Of a DNA stretch of 64,000 nucleotides, positions 1 through 35,800 are shown in pieces. This DNA is from Euglena gracilis (taxonomy: Eukaryota), in assembly GCA_039621445.1 (NCBI GenBank), contig CP154954.1, positions 7,513,425 to 7,577,424 on the forward strand, given 5' to 3'. Position numbers and translations under genes: made by a program. Below the pieces are notes generated by a model, which saw only the letters and a program-made list of their open reading frames with translations, was not told the DNA's origin and made no database searches. The stretch's first letter is position 1, and each line of letters starts with the position of its first letter.

Positions 1-26
1 CGCCCAACTAGGGTTAAAGGGGGGGG

Positions 27-443
27 TAACAGTAGGAGGAGGTTCGAGCTCGAACGGTCGAGTTCGAACCTCCTCGAACGTTTTTGACCCCCCCCATTCG
101 AGGGGGGGCTTAAAATCCTCCTCGGACGACCTCGACCTTCGAGGAGGATCTCGAACCATCTCGAACGACATTCGAGGAGGATCGAAATCCTCCTACTACT
201 GTCCATCCCACTACCGTAACCCTCCCGGGCCCGGGACCATATACATAGGAGGAGGATCGAGATGTCGTTCAAGGTAGTTCGAGGAGGATCGAGATCCTCC
301 TCGAAGGTCGTTCGAGGACGATCAAAATCCTCCTCCAATGTCGTTCGAGGTCGTTTGAGGAGGATTTTTTAAGCCCCCCCCCCTCGAAGGGGGGGGCTCA
401 AAAACGTTCGAGGAGGTTCGAGCTCGAACCTCCTGCTACGGTA
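27..443. mobile_element. TCGA-rich MITE (GTAGGAGGAGGTTCGA family)
   Basis: CAGTAGGAGGAGGTTCGAG…CTCGAACCTCCTGCTACGG. Related sequence at about 36900-37020, 38476-38769 and 39088-39290. Confidence 0.7.
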
Positions 444-479
444 ACCCACCCCCGGACGCCCCTCCCTCTTGGGGGGGGG

Positions 480-1159
480 CAGGGCAGAACGGGAAGGCCT
501 GGTGGGGGGGGGGTGGTCGACCCCCCCACCCGGCGGGTGGGGGGGGGTCGACCCCCCCCCACCCACCACAGCATTTTCACCAATTACGGCCAACGGGGAT
601 GTTGGCCGGGGGAAATTTTAGAAACTTTTTTTGAAAACGAACCCAAATATACATGATTTTTTGATGGAAAACCACACTTTTTCACAAAAAAAATCTCAAG
701 AATCTCAGGTTATAAGATGGTAGTTTTTAGGAGGGGGGTAAAAAAAAAATGAGGCTCAAAAAAAATGGACAAAATTTTGGCACAATCCATTTTTACTGAG
801 ATTTTTTCTCTTGGAAATTTCTTTGATTTTCAATGGCTTTTTTTGCATCAAAAACCGCTCAAAATCAAAATTTCGAGAAAATGTTGATATTTTGGATGGT
901 GTGAAAAAATGGGGTTTTGGGGGGGGTTTGGGGGGGGCCTTGTGTATGGGTCCCAAAATGGGTCAAAAAAAAAAAACACCCAGCGCCGAAGGCGCCGTGA
1001 AAAAAATTTTGGGTCCAAAAATCGGTGCCACCAGAACAACGGGAAGAGGTGGTGGGGGGGGGGTCGACCCCCCCCCCACCCACCATGCAGGGGGTGGGGG
1101 GGGTGGTCGACCCCCCCACCCACCACCCTGGCCGCGAGGCCGTTTCCCGTTCTGCCCTG
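480..1159. mobile_element. hAT-like MITE, TIR CAGGGCAGAACGGGAA
   Basis: Perfect terminal inverted repeats, subterminal GGGGTCGACCCC palindromes, and G-runs on both flanks (compatible with a G8 TSD). Confidence 0.75.
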
Positions 1160-1425
1160 GGGGGGGGGGGGGCACCGACCTTCCCGTCCCATAACTGCAT
1201 AAATGTACACCACAAGCCATCACCATGGCTTCCAGATTCCTGTTAAACCCTGTGCTCCAGCAGCACCCATTGGTCAACCTTGGGGAGAACAATTCACCTT
1301 CTTCTGGCAAACAAAAATATGAGTTTTATTGCACCCCCGCCTCAGATCTTAACACAGCATCCTTTTTCCACGGTTGTGTGTCCACGTGTGCGTGTATGAT
1401 TTGAGGCAGGAAAGGCCGCCTGGGC

Positions 1426-23859
<22,434 letters not shown>

Positions 23860-23891
23860 GGACTCGGACCGCCGGCGGAGGGTGAGTGGGG

Positions 23892-23915
23892 CTGGGCGGG
23901 GGACGCGGCAGCGAA
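23892..23915 (-). promoter_or_regulatory. Possible spliced-leader trans-splice acceptor of gene A
   Basis: C-rich tract TCCCCCGCCCAG| 32 nt upstream of the inferred ATG at 23859. Confidence 0.25.
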
Positions 23916-24322
23916 TGCAAAGGAGAACGAACCAAATACAATAATTTTGCTTTGGTGGCACAGATGCTAAATTACACGAAAAAAATTTGGGCGATAACAC
24001 ATGTGATAAATATTGTTGTGATACACATGGCACTTGTGGAGACACACATACCATGCAAAAGATTGGGTGATACGAACTATGCCGGGTGAAAATGCATCAT
24101 TTTCATGTTAACACCAAAAAAAAGAACGCATTGCATATTGCGCAGCACGAGGCAAACCACGCCCCCCCCAAGCAAGGCTATCACTGAACAAGTCCCCGGG
24201 TTCAAGCCCGTCCCTGGAACGCCTTTAAGGAAAGGGAAAGCTGGCTTTACAGAAAACCTCGTTTGAAAACTGTGATTTATCACTACTTTCTCCACAGCCT
24301 GACGCCCCCAGGGAGGTTCCCT

Positions 24323-24696
24323 TACCCCCCCCCCTATGTCCAATGACCGGTAACCTCTGTCCTCTGACCGGGGGGGGGGGGGGGGGTGGTCGTTGGACAT
24401 GGGGTCAAAAGAAAGTTGGTGGGTACCCGGGTCGCTACCCACCCAAAAATGCCCAAATTTTCCCTTCTGGCGCTTTGCGCCGAAAATTTTGGGCAATTTT
24501 GACAAATTTTTGTCCAAAAAGTGTCAAAAATGGCATTTTGGCCAAAATTTTGGCCAATTTTTGGGCAAAATTTTTCGTCCCGGCGCTTCACGCCGGGACC
24601 AAAAATTTGGTCAAACCTCCGAAAAGGTGTCCTCTGACCGGGGGGGTGGTCATTGGACATAGGGGGGGTCGTTGGACATAGGGGGGGGGGGGAGTA
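24323..24696. mobile_element. TA-flanked MITE (CCCCTATGTCCAATGACC family), copy 1
   Basis: TIR C(n)TATGTCCAA…TTGGACATAG(n) with TA at both ends. Near-identical copies at 36531 and 52753. The TA target is Tc1/mariner-like. Confidence 0.85.
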
Positions 24697-24784
24697 ATTT
24701 GAGAAAAGATTCTTTTGGCAGAAAGTGCCAACGCTTTTGATGTAAAAGCCCGAGATGCTCAGCTAAGCTCAGCAAAGCTCAGAA

Positions 24785-26382
24785 CAGGGCCAGGGAGATA
24801 TTCTGGTCGGCCAAAAACTTTATTCCGGTGTTTTATTCCGGTTTATTCCGGGTTATTCCGGTTTATTCCGGAATTTATTCCGGTTTATTCCGGTCAATTT
24901 CTGTCTGAATGGACTTAGGATTTTTGAAGCACAATTGGACGAGGCGCTCACCCGGGCTTCAGGAATAAAGACGCATACCTTGGTTGCCCCCACCCCACCA
25001 AATGGTCACTTCGCACTTGGTGATGCAGGTATGCACACCACAGCAGACCCCGGCCTTTCCGGGACAAACAAGCCGATGAAAATTGGTGCTCGCGGTTTTC
25101 TCTTGAGGCGGGTCCCTGGCACCGCTGTCTGTTTTCAAAAATTGTCCCGCTGGGTGTCTTAGGCCCAATTCTGTCTCCCTCATTTTTGAAGCCTTGACTG
25201 TGTTCCCCAGATGGTGCTACACAGGCCAGGTGACTTTTGGCCCGTTTTGTTGCTTTTTTAGGCTCTGCAATCTGTTCGTGAAGGTTTGCCTGCTGCGGTG
25301 TCCGCTTCGACGCAACAGCCATGCTAATTCTGAATTTTGAAATTTGTATTTCTATTGCGCCGTGGCGCAATATAACCCTTAAATTTTCATTCTACATGAG
25401 CGTGTTTTCTTTGCGGATGCGCAGTGAAAACACACGTTGACGCATATGCAGTTATTATTGCGCAAGTGCGTAGTGATCCCCCATATTTAGAATTACAAGA
25501 AAAAATTAACATTGCGCATTAATATTTAGAGTTGCAATAAAAAACATTAGCACAATGTTTTTTATTTTTGTAATGAAAAAATTTTGCGCCATGGCGCAAC
25601 TGCGCGATGGAGTTCCTTCGTTTCATTACCCAGCGCTTTGAGGTTATGCACACTGGGCCCAGGGAGCCCTGTGCCTGTGCACTGTAGAGGTCTAAGTCGT
25701 TATGTTCGTCCCCAGGCCCGGGTGGTAGGGAGACACTAATTCGGACTGTCTCAGACCTCGGTGTTCGATAACTTTTTTGCAAGTTTGTGTGTTGGCGCAA
25801 TTTTACACTTTCAAAGCTAAGTGCGAGTTAGGCTGGTGTTGCTGTTCACGTTTCCCGATATTCAAACCTGGGTTTTTGAACCTTTGTCAAAGCGCAGTTT
25901 TGTTGAGCAATGCAAATGTCAAAACCTTAAGTGCGAGTTAGGCTGCCTAAGAGTGTTATCACCCCTGATCGAAAGATGATTCACTTTGTTCAGTGAGATC
26001 CCTGCCCCCAAAAATCGGCGTTGACATTGTCCTAGTTCATGTCCCTTTAAAAAGAACTCAGGGACAAACATTCACTAATTGCAGCCCCACAAATGGGGAA
26101 AAAATCCAAACAAAAAAAAGCATTCAATTAGGGGGGAAAACAGCCAAAGGTAAGGTGTGCTCCTGATATTAAGTGCCGACTGTGCTACGCTTGCGCTCTT
26201 TTGTTGCTCTTCTGATTTTGAAACCTGAAAATATATCAAACTTCACCTTCATTGCCTCTGTGCCTTGCAGAATTTTCAAGCCATTGGCTGGCACTTTTAT
26301 TCCGGTTATTCCGGTTTATTCCGGTTTATTCCGGTTTTCGCTATTCCGGTTTATTCCGGACCGGAATGTCTCCCTGCCCCTG
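24785..26382. mobile_element. Non-autonomous TIR element with subterminal TTTATTCCGG arrays
   Basis: CAGGGCCAGGGAGATATTCTGGTC…GACCGGAATGTCTCCCTGCCCCTG. The flanking direct repeat is CTCAGAA (7 bp) or GCTCAGAAC (9 bp), depending on where the ends are placed. Confidence 0.8.
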
Positions 26383-26899
26383 CTCAGAACCTATCACCAG
26401 GACAGATGATCGAACCACTCCAGCCTTCCAGTCCCCAGGGTTCCCCTCATACATCTTTTAACCGACCCCCCCCCCCTCACCGGGTGGGCACGCTCTCCAC
26501 TCTTCCAAAAACAAGTCACTCACTTCTTTTTTTGGGAAAACCAGTCAGTCACTACCCCTCCCACCCGGGGTTGGCCACTCTGGAATCCAAAGGAATTTCT
26601 GGCGCGTTCGGCACTGGCTCATTTTGCTGAACCCCCCCCCCCCGGGAGGTCTGTCTGGGAGGGGGTCTGGGCCAAAAACCAGTCAGTCACTCTGAAACAC
26701 GATTCCTTCTTCCTCTTTTTGAACCCAATCTGCACACAAACAGAAAATGCGTCGAAAAAAGCCTCACAGTCAGTTCTTTTGCTGGCGGAACAAGGATTCT
26801 GACAGCTTCTCATACACCTGGTTATGGTAATCATCATAACCATGGGGTACACAAATAATACAGCCACAGTGCCAGTCAAACCAGCCCATCCAGCCATTC

Positions 26900-29800
26900 A
26901 AAACCGAACCACCGCTTGAATACGGACCACATCCGTACAATCCATGCAGTACAACAACCGTCAAGAGCGTCGGCCGGGAAGGGGCGGAGGCAGACTTCCC
27001 CCTGATCCGTCCACGGACATGCATCGCGTTGTGTCCCCCGGCATTCACCGCAACCTAACAACCCTGGGAATTCAGCCCCTGATGGTGCTGGATGGTCGGA
27101 TGGTGGGCAAGATCTCCTTCAGAAAACAAAAAGGGTCCACTGGGACGTCACTTAAAGACCCCTGCCACCCTCCCCCCCCCCGGGCTCAGTGGCTGGGTGT
27201 CTGGAAAAAAACCGCTGGCTGACCCCCCCCCCTGCCATCCCAATAGCGGTCCCATGGGCTGGAGCTAGGCCTGAAACCGGATTACAATCCGGCAATAGCT
27301 GTTTAAAAAATTTAAACTGGTTTGTGTTACTAACACCTAACGTTTGGAAAGCCCCTGCTGAGGAGTGGTAATGAACGATTGAGCACGTTCAAAGAGTTAG
27401 AATACACGAGGGTCCATTTTTCAGGTCGCAGAAAAAAAGCAAAAAAGCCATTCAAAGTCGTGGAAAAATGAAAAAGGAACATCTCAAAATACCTTTGAAA
27501 ATGTTGCCAAAAAAACTGTTTCTTCCCCTTTCTTCCTGCGTGCGGCGTGCATCCCAGAGCACTGCTCCGCGGGGGAGGGGGGCCAAACCCACCCCGCCCA
27601 CCCCCAGCCCAGGGACCAGGGATGAGGGCCGCCCAACTCTCGTGCCCCGTTGTCTGAAAAAGGATGTGGGTCTGGGGGCGAAACGGTTCGATTGGAGGGA
27701 AAGTTTGGGCCGGGCCGCAGGGCCCCAGGGCGGCGGCGCGACAGAGAGCCCGTCGCCGGTCCCAGGATGTGAGCGCCACTGTGTTGGCCAAAAAAAATAT
27801 ACAGGAAGCAGGTGACCGTTTTTCCCCCCCAAAAATGAAGCTGTTTCCATACAACACCAAACTACGGAAACATGTAAACTATATTATAAAATGAAATTGT
27901 GGAAAATTATTCATTTTGTGAAAAAATAATTGCAATTGATTTCAATTGCAACGCGGAAAAAAATAATAAAGATTAAATTAAAAGTGATTAAAACTAGAAA
28001 AAATAAATTAGTTTTAATGATTATTAAGTAAAATTAGTTAAAGTAAACTCATACTTATTCCAAAGTTGTTCCTTTAGATCGAGAACGATGAAACGGCACC
28101 CTGGTCTGCACACTGGTGTTCTTGGCTTGTATGAAATCCTGAAACCCCCACAAATTGTGATGCCTTTCAGCACAAAGAAAAAGGGTGCAATCAAAACCTT
28201 CTGATTTGTCTTCATTGTTGACATTGTTGGGCATTTAATCTTGAAACTGCGGCACAAGTGTTTCTTTTAACGGATCCCGGATGAACAATGGGTGTCCATC
28301 CCCAAAAGCTCGATCACATTAGGGACATCACCGCGAATCCCATCCTAGTCGGAACCTTCCTCTCTGCCCCGACGACCGACAAGGAATGGTTGGGACTTTG
28401 CACGGCCGGTTCGGCGACTGTGGAGGCAGCTTTCCGCAACTGACTCGCAAGGAGGAAATTATATATAAGGGTTGGAAGCGTCGGATGGGCAGGGTTCGAT
28501 ATAAGGACAGGTGGGGGGTCCGAAACCCCCCCCCTTGCGGGCCAGGAGGGGGGGGGGGTGGGGGGACACCACCCCCCACCTAAACAGTGGCGTGGTCTGG
28601 GTGACCGAAAATTTTTGACCCCCCCAAAACGACCAAAAGTGTCATTTTGGGCATTTTTTGGGGCAAGAATGTGCCAAAAATGCAAAAAAATTTCGGCGCA
28701 AAGCGCCGGAGGAAAAAATTGACCCTTTTGGGGGGGGGGTCCCGGATACCCCGCCAAGGTCGGTCCGGACCCCCCTGGCAGGTGGGGGGGAGTGGTCCGG
28801 ACCCCCCCCTGTGGGCCAGGAGGGAGGGTGGGGGGGGGACACCCCCCACCTAAACCATGTACGCCCTCCTTATATCAAACCCTGCGGATGGGTGGTGCAA
28901 CCTCCCTGTAAAAAAAAGCCTGGGTTGTGTATAGAGATGTTTCCCACAAGTTTCGTACAAAAATAGCGTTAGAAAAAATACAAAGAAATCCTTTGGCTTT
29001 GGCCTAAAAATGCATCCTTGCAGCAAAGCAACGAACAATCACAACAACGACAAAGACGCTACCACTAGCATGCTAATAAGAGTGGAACATTAACGAGGAT
29101 GGCTGTGCTGATGAGGAGGAGGACGTTGATGATGATGGATGGTTCTGACAATGATGCTTTTGGAATAAGTACGTAATATGTTATATGCATTAATATACAT
29201 CAATACATTTTTTACACCCGCACTGTATCACATGAAATGCCAGGTAAACAGAGCCTAGGGATACTTTCAAACAGTTGTGCCTAACGCCTCTGAGGATTTC
29301 GACCACCAGTTACCTCCTCCATGCGAAGGCTGGTTTTTTCCATGTATCAAATCAGCTTCCAAAGACCCCACGCCCCTGCAGGCACAAAAACCCCGCGACC
29401 CCCACAGGCCGCCCGTTTGTGTGGCCCCCGCCGTCTCCCCGGCAACCTTGCCGGTGCACGGCGGGCGTGGGACTGAGCCGGGAACCAAGTCTGAGCCGTT
29501 GGTCAGCTCCAGGGGCTTGGCGAGACCGTCGCACTGTGCCCCAGTTACGCTTCCGTCGGTACCGCAATGGAAAAAAGCACAAATGGAAATCTGGAGGCGG
29601 AGTGGACGCCCAACAGGTGTTCCCGAACACTGTTGGGTGAGTCGAGGGTCCCCAGGAGTGGCATGATACCGTCCGGTTTGAGGAAATCTCGACGTTGAAC
29701 CATCGGAGCAGCGAAGCGATAGACTTCCAGGGAAAAAACCAATACCAAAAATGGTGGAAAAAAGCAAATGAAACGGAAGCCTGTGCTCAGCGATGGCATC

Positions 29801-32800
29801 CAGCAATTGCCCGTCTGCCTGTGGGTCATCCGGGCAGGTAACCTCGGCAAAGCTGAGCAGGGTGCGGTGAGGAAACGACGCACACACAGTCACAGAAAGA
29901 CACATGCTCGCACACGCACACGTGTGCGGGCGCATGCGCACACACACGCGCACAGAGATGCAGAAAAAAAGCCTCTTTGTCACAACCTTGTTAGACTAGG
30001 CAGATACACTGAAGTTTTGGAAATCATTTTTTACTTGCTCATCTTTGGAGAACTATTTTGCTGGGTAGGCGATACAAGAGAAATGATCGATAATTGTGGC
30101 AGCCCTTCAGGGTTTATTTTTAAGACCGAGGGGAGGGGGGTCCCCCACCCACCCCCTGGGGGGCCCCCTGCGGGAGGGGGGGACCCGGGGGACCCAACCC
30201 ACTTTTCCCCAAAAAAGGCCAAAAAATCGCGAAAATGCAAAAAATAGCACCTTTTCAAAAAAATTCGGCGCCTTTGGAGCCGAAAAAGTTGATCCCACTG
30301 AGTAGAGTAGACCCGGAGGGGGGAGGGGTCCAAGACTGAAAAAAAAAAACCCCTGCAGCCCTTGCACCAGGCTGCTCCTTACCTACCCTCCCCCCCGGAA
30401 ACTGTCACCTGACAGGTTGGCCAGTACCGGGGACCCTGACAGTTTCCCGGGCGGGACCCTGACAGTTTCCCGGGCGGGACCCTGACAGTTTCCCGGGTAG
30501 GGCATTTCAAGGGAAAGTCAATGAAAAATGACCCTGACAGGTTGGCCGGTACCGGGGACCCTGACAACTTCCTATACTGCCAGGTTGGCCGGTACCGGGG
30601 ACCCTGACAGTTTCCTGGGCGGGACCCTGACAGGTTCTCGGGCATGACAGTTTCCCGGGGGGGGGGGTACCAGAACACCAAAAGGAAAAAAACACATTTT
30701 GAACTTTGAGATTCCCCAAATACTTCGCAGTGATTTTGGAGCCTGCCAAGGGGGAGGTGTCCGGACTCCCTCTCAGGCCTCTGCCAAACGTCTACAGGGG
30801 TTTCGGACCGCCCCACCAGTGGTACCACCTTACCCGGAGGGGGGGGGTCAGGACCCCCCCCCCCCCCAAACACCTGCCTCAACAACCAAAATGGCTTCCC
30901 CTCCAGTCGGTTTTCACCCCCATCAAGGACGCCCCCCTTCCCAAGCTCGCAATTTGAGACTATCAGGCCACGGGAAGCTGTCTGTGCTCGCGGTGCTGGC
31001 CAACTTGTCTGGCGACAGTGTCCCCAGCGGCATGGAGGGGGGGGGGCTTACCTTATCTCCCTATTTGGAATCGGGAAGCAGGAGTTGGTCAAACAGGTGG
31101 CAAGCATGGGGCCCGCGCATCGTTGGTGTGGCCCCTCGCCCGGCACGGACAGCCCGCCACCCACCCAGGACGCGCCGCACCGCACCGGCCGGGGAAGGGG
31201 GGCGGCGCTGCGGCCCCGCCCAGCGGCGTCAGCGGCGGCGCGTGCGACCGCCGGGGAGGCCGGCAGCCCCCGACCCACCGACCGGCGCACCCATCTGAAC
31301 GCCCCCCCCCCAGGGTTCCAAAATCCCTCCCACCAACCCCCATCATGAAGGAACGCCGTCCCGCCAGGCGAAACAAGGAAAATGGGGGTGCGTAGTCCAA
31401 AGCATGGATTCACTTTGCGACCCCTGCCAAAAAAAAGGAACCCCCTGGGGGGCACTTTTCCCGGGCCCATACCAACCCAGCCAAGTTTTTGAAATACCCC
31501 ACCCCCCGGGTCAACCACACCCACCAAACACCCACCCACCCAAAATCCAGCCAAAATCGGCCGAAACCCCTTGAAAAAAATTCCTGGCTCGGCCTTCGGT
31601 AAGGCCAACATCTGACACGCGGCATACCCCAAAGGTGTTAAATGAATCGATGAAGGTGGAGCAAAACAACAAAAAATTGTTTTGCGGTTGGGACTGAGCC
31701 AGAAAAACAAATTAGTTGGGGGGTCGGACACACACAGGCAATGGTATGATGTGAACCACATGCCAGGTGGTGCTCACCTCACTATATGGGGGCGACACAT
31801 GGTGTGCAGAAGAAGTGACAGGCCATGAAACCCAAATGGAGGGGAGACTCTCCAGTCACAGACTGGCCGGGAGAGTGGGGTGTCTGGCAGGGGGATGTTC
31901 TGCACTGTTGATTTCAGGCCGGGGCGATGGAATGTGATTGGAAACCACTACTGAAAACATGGAGGTAGTTGACCCATTCCAAACTGGCAGCATTGTCCAT
32001 TCCAACATCCAATCATCTCTAATTTCTCGGGTATTCAACACATCCACACCTTCTGAGGCCCTAAACCATTTGATACCCAGGGCTGAATGAGGAGAAGCCC
32101 CCCCCCCCCCACACACAAAATGGCAATCTGAAGGAAAAAATCTGGTTTGAAAAAGCGACCTGTATAAATGGGAATATGGTCGTCGGACCCCCCATCCCAC
32201 ACTCGCCACTTACACGCATGAGGTTTTGGACAGCCCGCCCCCCCCCCGCACCCAATATGCAACAGGATGGGCATCGTCTGGCCTGCCCGCGGTGCTGGGC
32301 TGTGGATCAGGATGCTGATCGTGGGGACAGGGTCTATGGAAATTGCCCAAGCTGCAATGCCTCAAGAGATAAAAATGTCAGCACATAATTCCAGCAAGGC
32401 ATTCCAAATCCAACTTGGCGTCAAAAACCGACGGATAAAAAAATGTGGGAAAAAATAATCATGCCACACTTGTGCCCTTTGCCAACTTCGGTCGTTTGTT
32501 ATTTCCAGCCGCACTGGGAACTCAACTTGGGATGAATTCACAAGCTGAGAGGCCGAACTGATCATTGTCTTTCGGGTGCAAACGTTGCGTTTATTTTGGG
32601 AGGGAAAAAATGCCAGCGGTCGGTGTTCCACTTCTTAACAGGGAAGACGGGCAACACAGCACAGACCCTCGGAAAATGTGACAGAAAAAAAAAATCACAA
32701 AAAAGCAGAGAAACAAAAAAAATGCTCGATGCATGGAAATTCCTTCAAGTGCTCCCTCAGGATGTACAGTTTTCTGTTGGAGAATAATTTGAAAAGTTTT

Positions 32801-35800
32801 CAACTTCTCCGGGTAAACGTTTCCGTCATACAACTGTACTTTGATGTATTTTGACTAGATTTTTGGAACAACATGATTCCAAAGTTATGGAATTTGTTGA
32901 CCAAAAAAGTCAAAAATGACATAAATTTTGTCTGAAGGGAAAAAAAAGCCCAAAATGTGGATTTTTTTCAAGCCGAAAAAATATCCATGCAAAAAAATGC
33001 AAAAAAAAACTGTACAAGTTGGCAGTGGTAGAGGGTAGAGGAAGTTTCCTGTGGGGGGGATACCTACCCCCCCCCCGGGAAACTGTCACCTGACAGGTTG
33101 GCCAGTACCGGGGACCCTGACAACTTCCTATACTGACAGGTTGGCCGGTATCGGGGACCCTGACAGTTTCCCAGGCGGGACCCTGACAGTTTCCCGGGTA
33201 GGGCATTTCAAGGGAAAGTCAATGAAAAATGACCCTGACAGGTTGGCCGGTACCGGGGACCCTGACAACTGCCTATACTGACAGGTTGGCGGGTACCGGG
33301 GACCCTGACAGTTTCCCGGGCGGGACCCTGACAGGTTCTCGGGCATGACAGTTTCCCGGGGGGGGGGGGTAGGTAGGGAGAGGGCTTAATAGACCAGCGT
33401 TTGGCAATAACATCCACAGCCGTCCCATCCCTACGTTCCTCTCGGTGGTTTGGGAAAGCCCAGCAGCCCTGGATGGCCAACGTGGCAAGCCGACTCCGTC
33501 CGCAACGTGGTTGGCGCAGCCAAAGCGCCGCCAGAGGCGAGGGAGCCTTGCCAACGCCGAAAAGAAAATGTGACGTCACTGGGTGTGCTCCCGACGCCCT
33601 GTTTGGAGGTACCGAGTGGAAACGGACACAGCAAAAAAAAAAGTTGTCCGTGGCCCCATCAGCAGGGGTTGGGGCGGCCCCTTGCGCCGGTGCTGCCGCA
33701 GGGGTCCCCCCGGCGGCCCCGGCGGGGCCTCCGCCACCGCCGCCAGCCGCCGCAGCCGCGCCTCCGCCGCGCGGACCACGGCGGCCAGCCGCCGCAGCTG
33801 CGCGGGGAGGTCCGTCCCCCGGCGGGCCGCCCTGCGGGGGGGGGGGGGGGGGCCCCCGCCACAGCCACAAACTGCACCATGGCCTTAGGTTAGCCTGCAA
33901 ACGTACCGTTTTCGCCTCGTTTTTTTGCTTTGGACCCCCCAGGCACCTCTTCAGGGATTTCAACGGCAGGGCTGGAGCCTGAAAGCTCCTGTTTGTCAGT
34001 CTCCGGGTTCTTCAGGCTTTGCCTTCCTCTTCGATGTGGCCTCTGACTCAGTTGGAACTTGGATTGTCCGCTGTGTTATTTCCGAAGGGAGGTTGGTGAA
34101 AATGAGGGGTGGGTGTAAAGGGGGGGATTTGGCACATTTCCAATTCTGAAAATATGCGCAAATAAAAGGCTTCTTTGATGACACAGAGACAGTGTTTGCA
34201 GGGGTGCAGAAAAAAGAGACAAACAAAACTGTGACTGAATGTTTTGATGGATGGACCTTATAATGGACATACGGATCCATTTGTGCCGACCCCTGAAGGA
34301 ATTTACATGACAGGCCAGTATAAATGGTTGTGTTTTCCACAATTGCAGCCTTTCCTGCTGGCCTCCCACTGGGGCGGGGCAGCAGTTAAACAGGGGGGGG
34401 GTTCGGACCTCCCACAGTTAAGAAGATAGACCCCCCCATCCGCCTGTGTTTTTGCCCTCCCCGCCGGAGATGTCCCAGACACATGCGCAGTAAGGAAGGC
34501 CTACTATTGTTCCCAGGCTTCCGGGTGTGGGTTTATTGAAAGGGATGGGGTTAGGGTTAGGGTTAGGGTTAGGGTTAGGGTTAGGATTTAGGCCTCTTGG
34601 CCTAAATTTGGCCAATTGGGCAGCCAAATTAGGCCAATTTGGGCAGGAAGTACGGCCTGATTTCGGCCTAACTCCCTAACTTTTGGCCTAACCCTAACCC
34701 GGATCCCCTTTGGAACGATAACTGTAACCCTAACCCTGCCCCAAAAAAACAACGGAGAACACTGAAAAGGTGCCATTGAGACCCCATCAGCTTTCGTTTA
34801 AGAAGGTGGACCTCCCTAATAACTACTGCGACTACTGCCCCCCCCCCCCGAGGGGCCAGTAAAGGCCGACACCACAGTTTCCGCAACAATATTCTTATCT
34901 GACACCTTACACAAGCATTGAAAATGTTAACTTTTTGCTGACCCGGTGCCTTTTGCTTGTCCATTTTGTTAACCCTCCCCCTGCCTGGGAAGCTGTGGAA
35001 ATCCCTGGTGAGAGCGTCTGATTCATTTTTTTTAAAAGTGTGTTCATGTGTCAATGCCTAAAAAATATCGTTCCCTGACTGGGGTTTTTTAGGACCTGGG
35101 GGGAGGGGAGGTCGGCTCACCCACCCACCCCCTAGAGGCCCCACATGGGGGGGGGGGGGGGGCTTGGTGGAACCCTGTTGGGGGTGGGGGTCAATTTTGG
35201 GTCCAAAGAAAAAAGCGAAATACTCCCCTCCGAGGAGGTAACTTGGTCCAACCTCATCCCTGGGGGAGGGGTAGCCAGCCACCTTCCCCCCCTGTGGGGC
35301 ACCAGGTTTAAACAAAATAACTACACATCAGTCATTCAGTGGTCTTTGGACCTTGGGATGGGGAACTGCCACCGCCACTTAGAAGAACAGCCCGGGCGGC
35401 TTGGGCAGCTCTCCAAACCCGTCCACCTCCGCCCCGGTTTTGGCAAGGCAGAGGGCGAGCTGCGAGGCCAGCCCGGCAAGGCACGAGCCGAGCCACGCCT
35501 CGACCTCCGCAGCAGGGCCTCTTTCTTCAACCCCCCCACCCCCCAGGCAGGCTTCTTACAAGAAGGCAGGGGGCCCGCCCATCCACCCAGCCACCCAGCC
35601 AGGGTGCCATGGGACCCCCTGAGAGGGGCAGAAATTTCCGGCGCTGGGCTCCAAAATCAATACCTGGGCCATTGACCGAAACCCTCCGCCCTGCGGTCAC
35701 GTTGGAAGGAGTGCAGCCAAAGATGAAATGTCCTCCCTCCCCACCTCAGCTGCGGGAGGGGCCGTTAGGCCCACGCTTGGGGCAAAGCCTTGCTCGTTGC

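Noticed and set aside
1230-1290. Possible next exon of gene A (…VLLEHRV*)
   Set aside because: No boundary fits the splice register and there is no similarity to gene B exon 45377-45447. The gene probably continues beyond the window.
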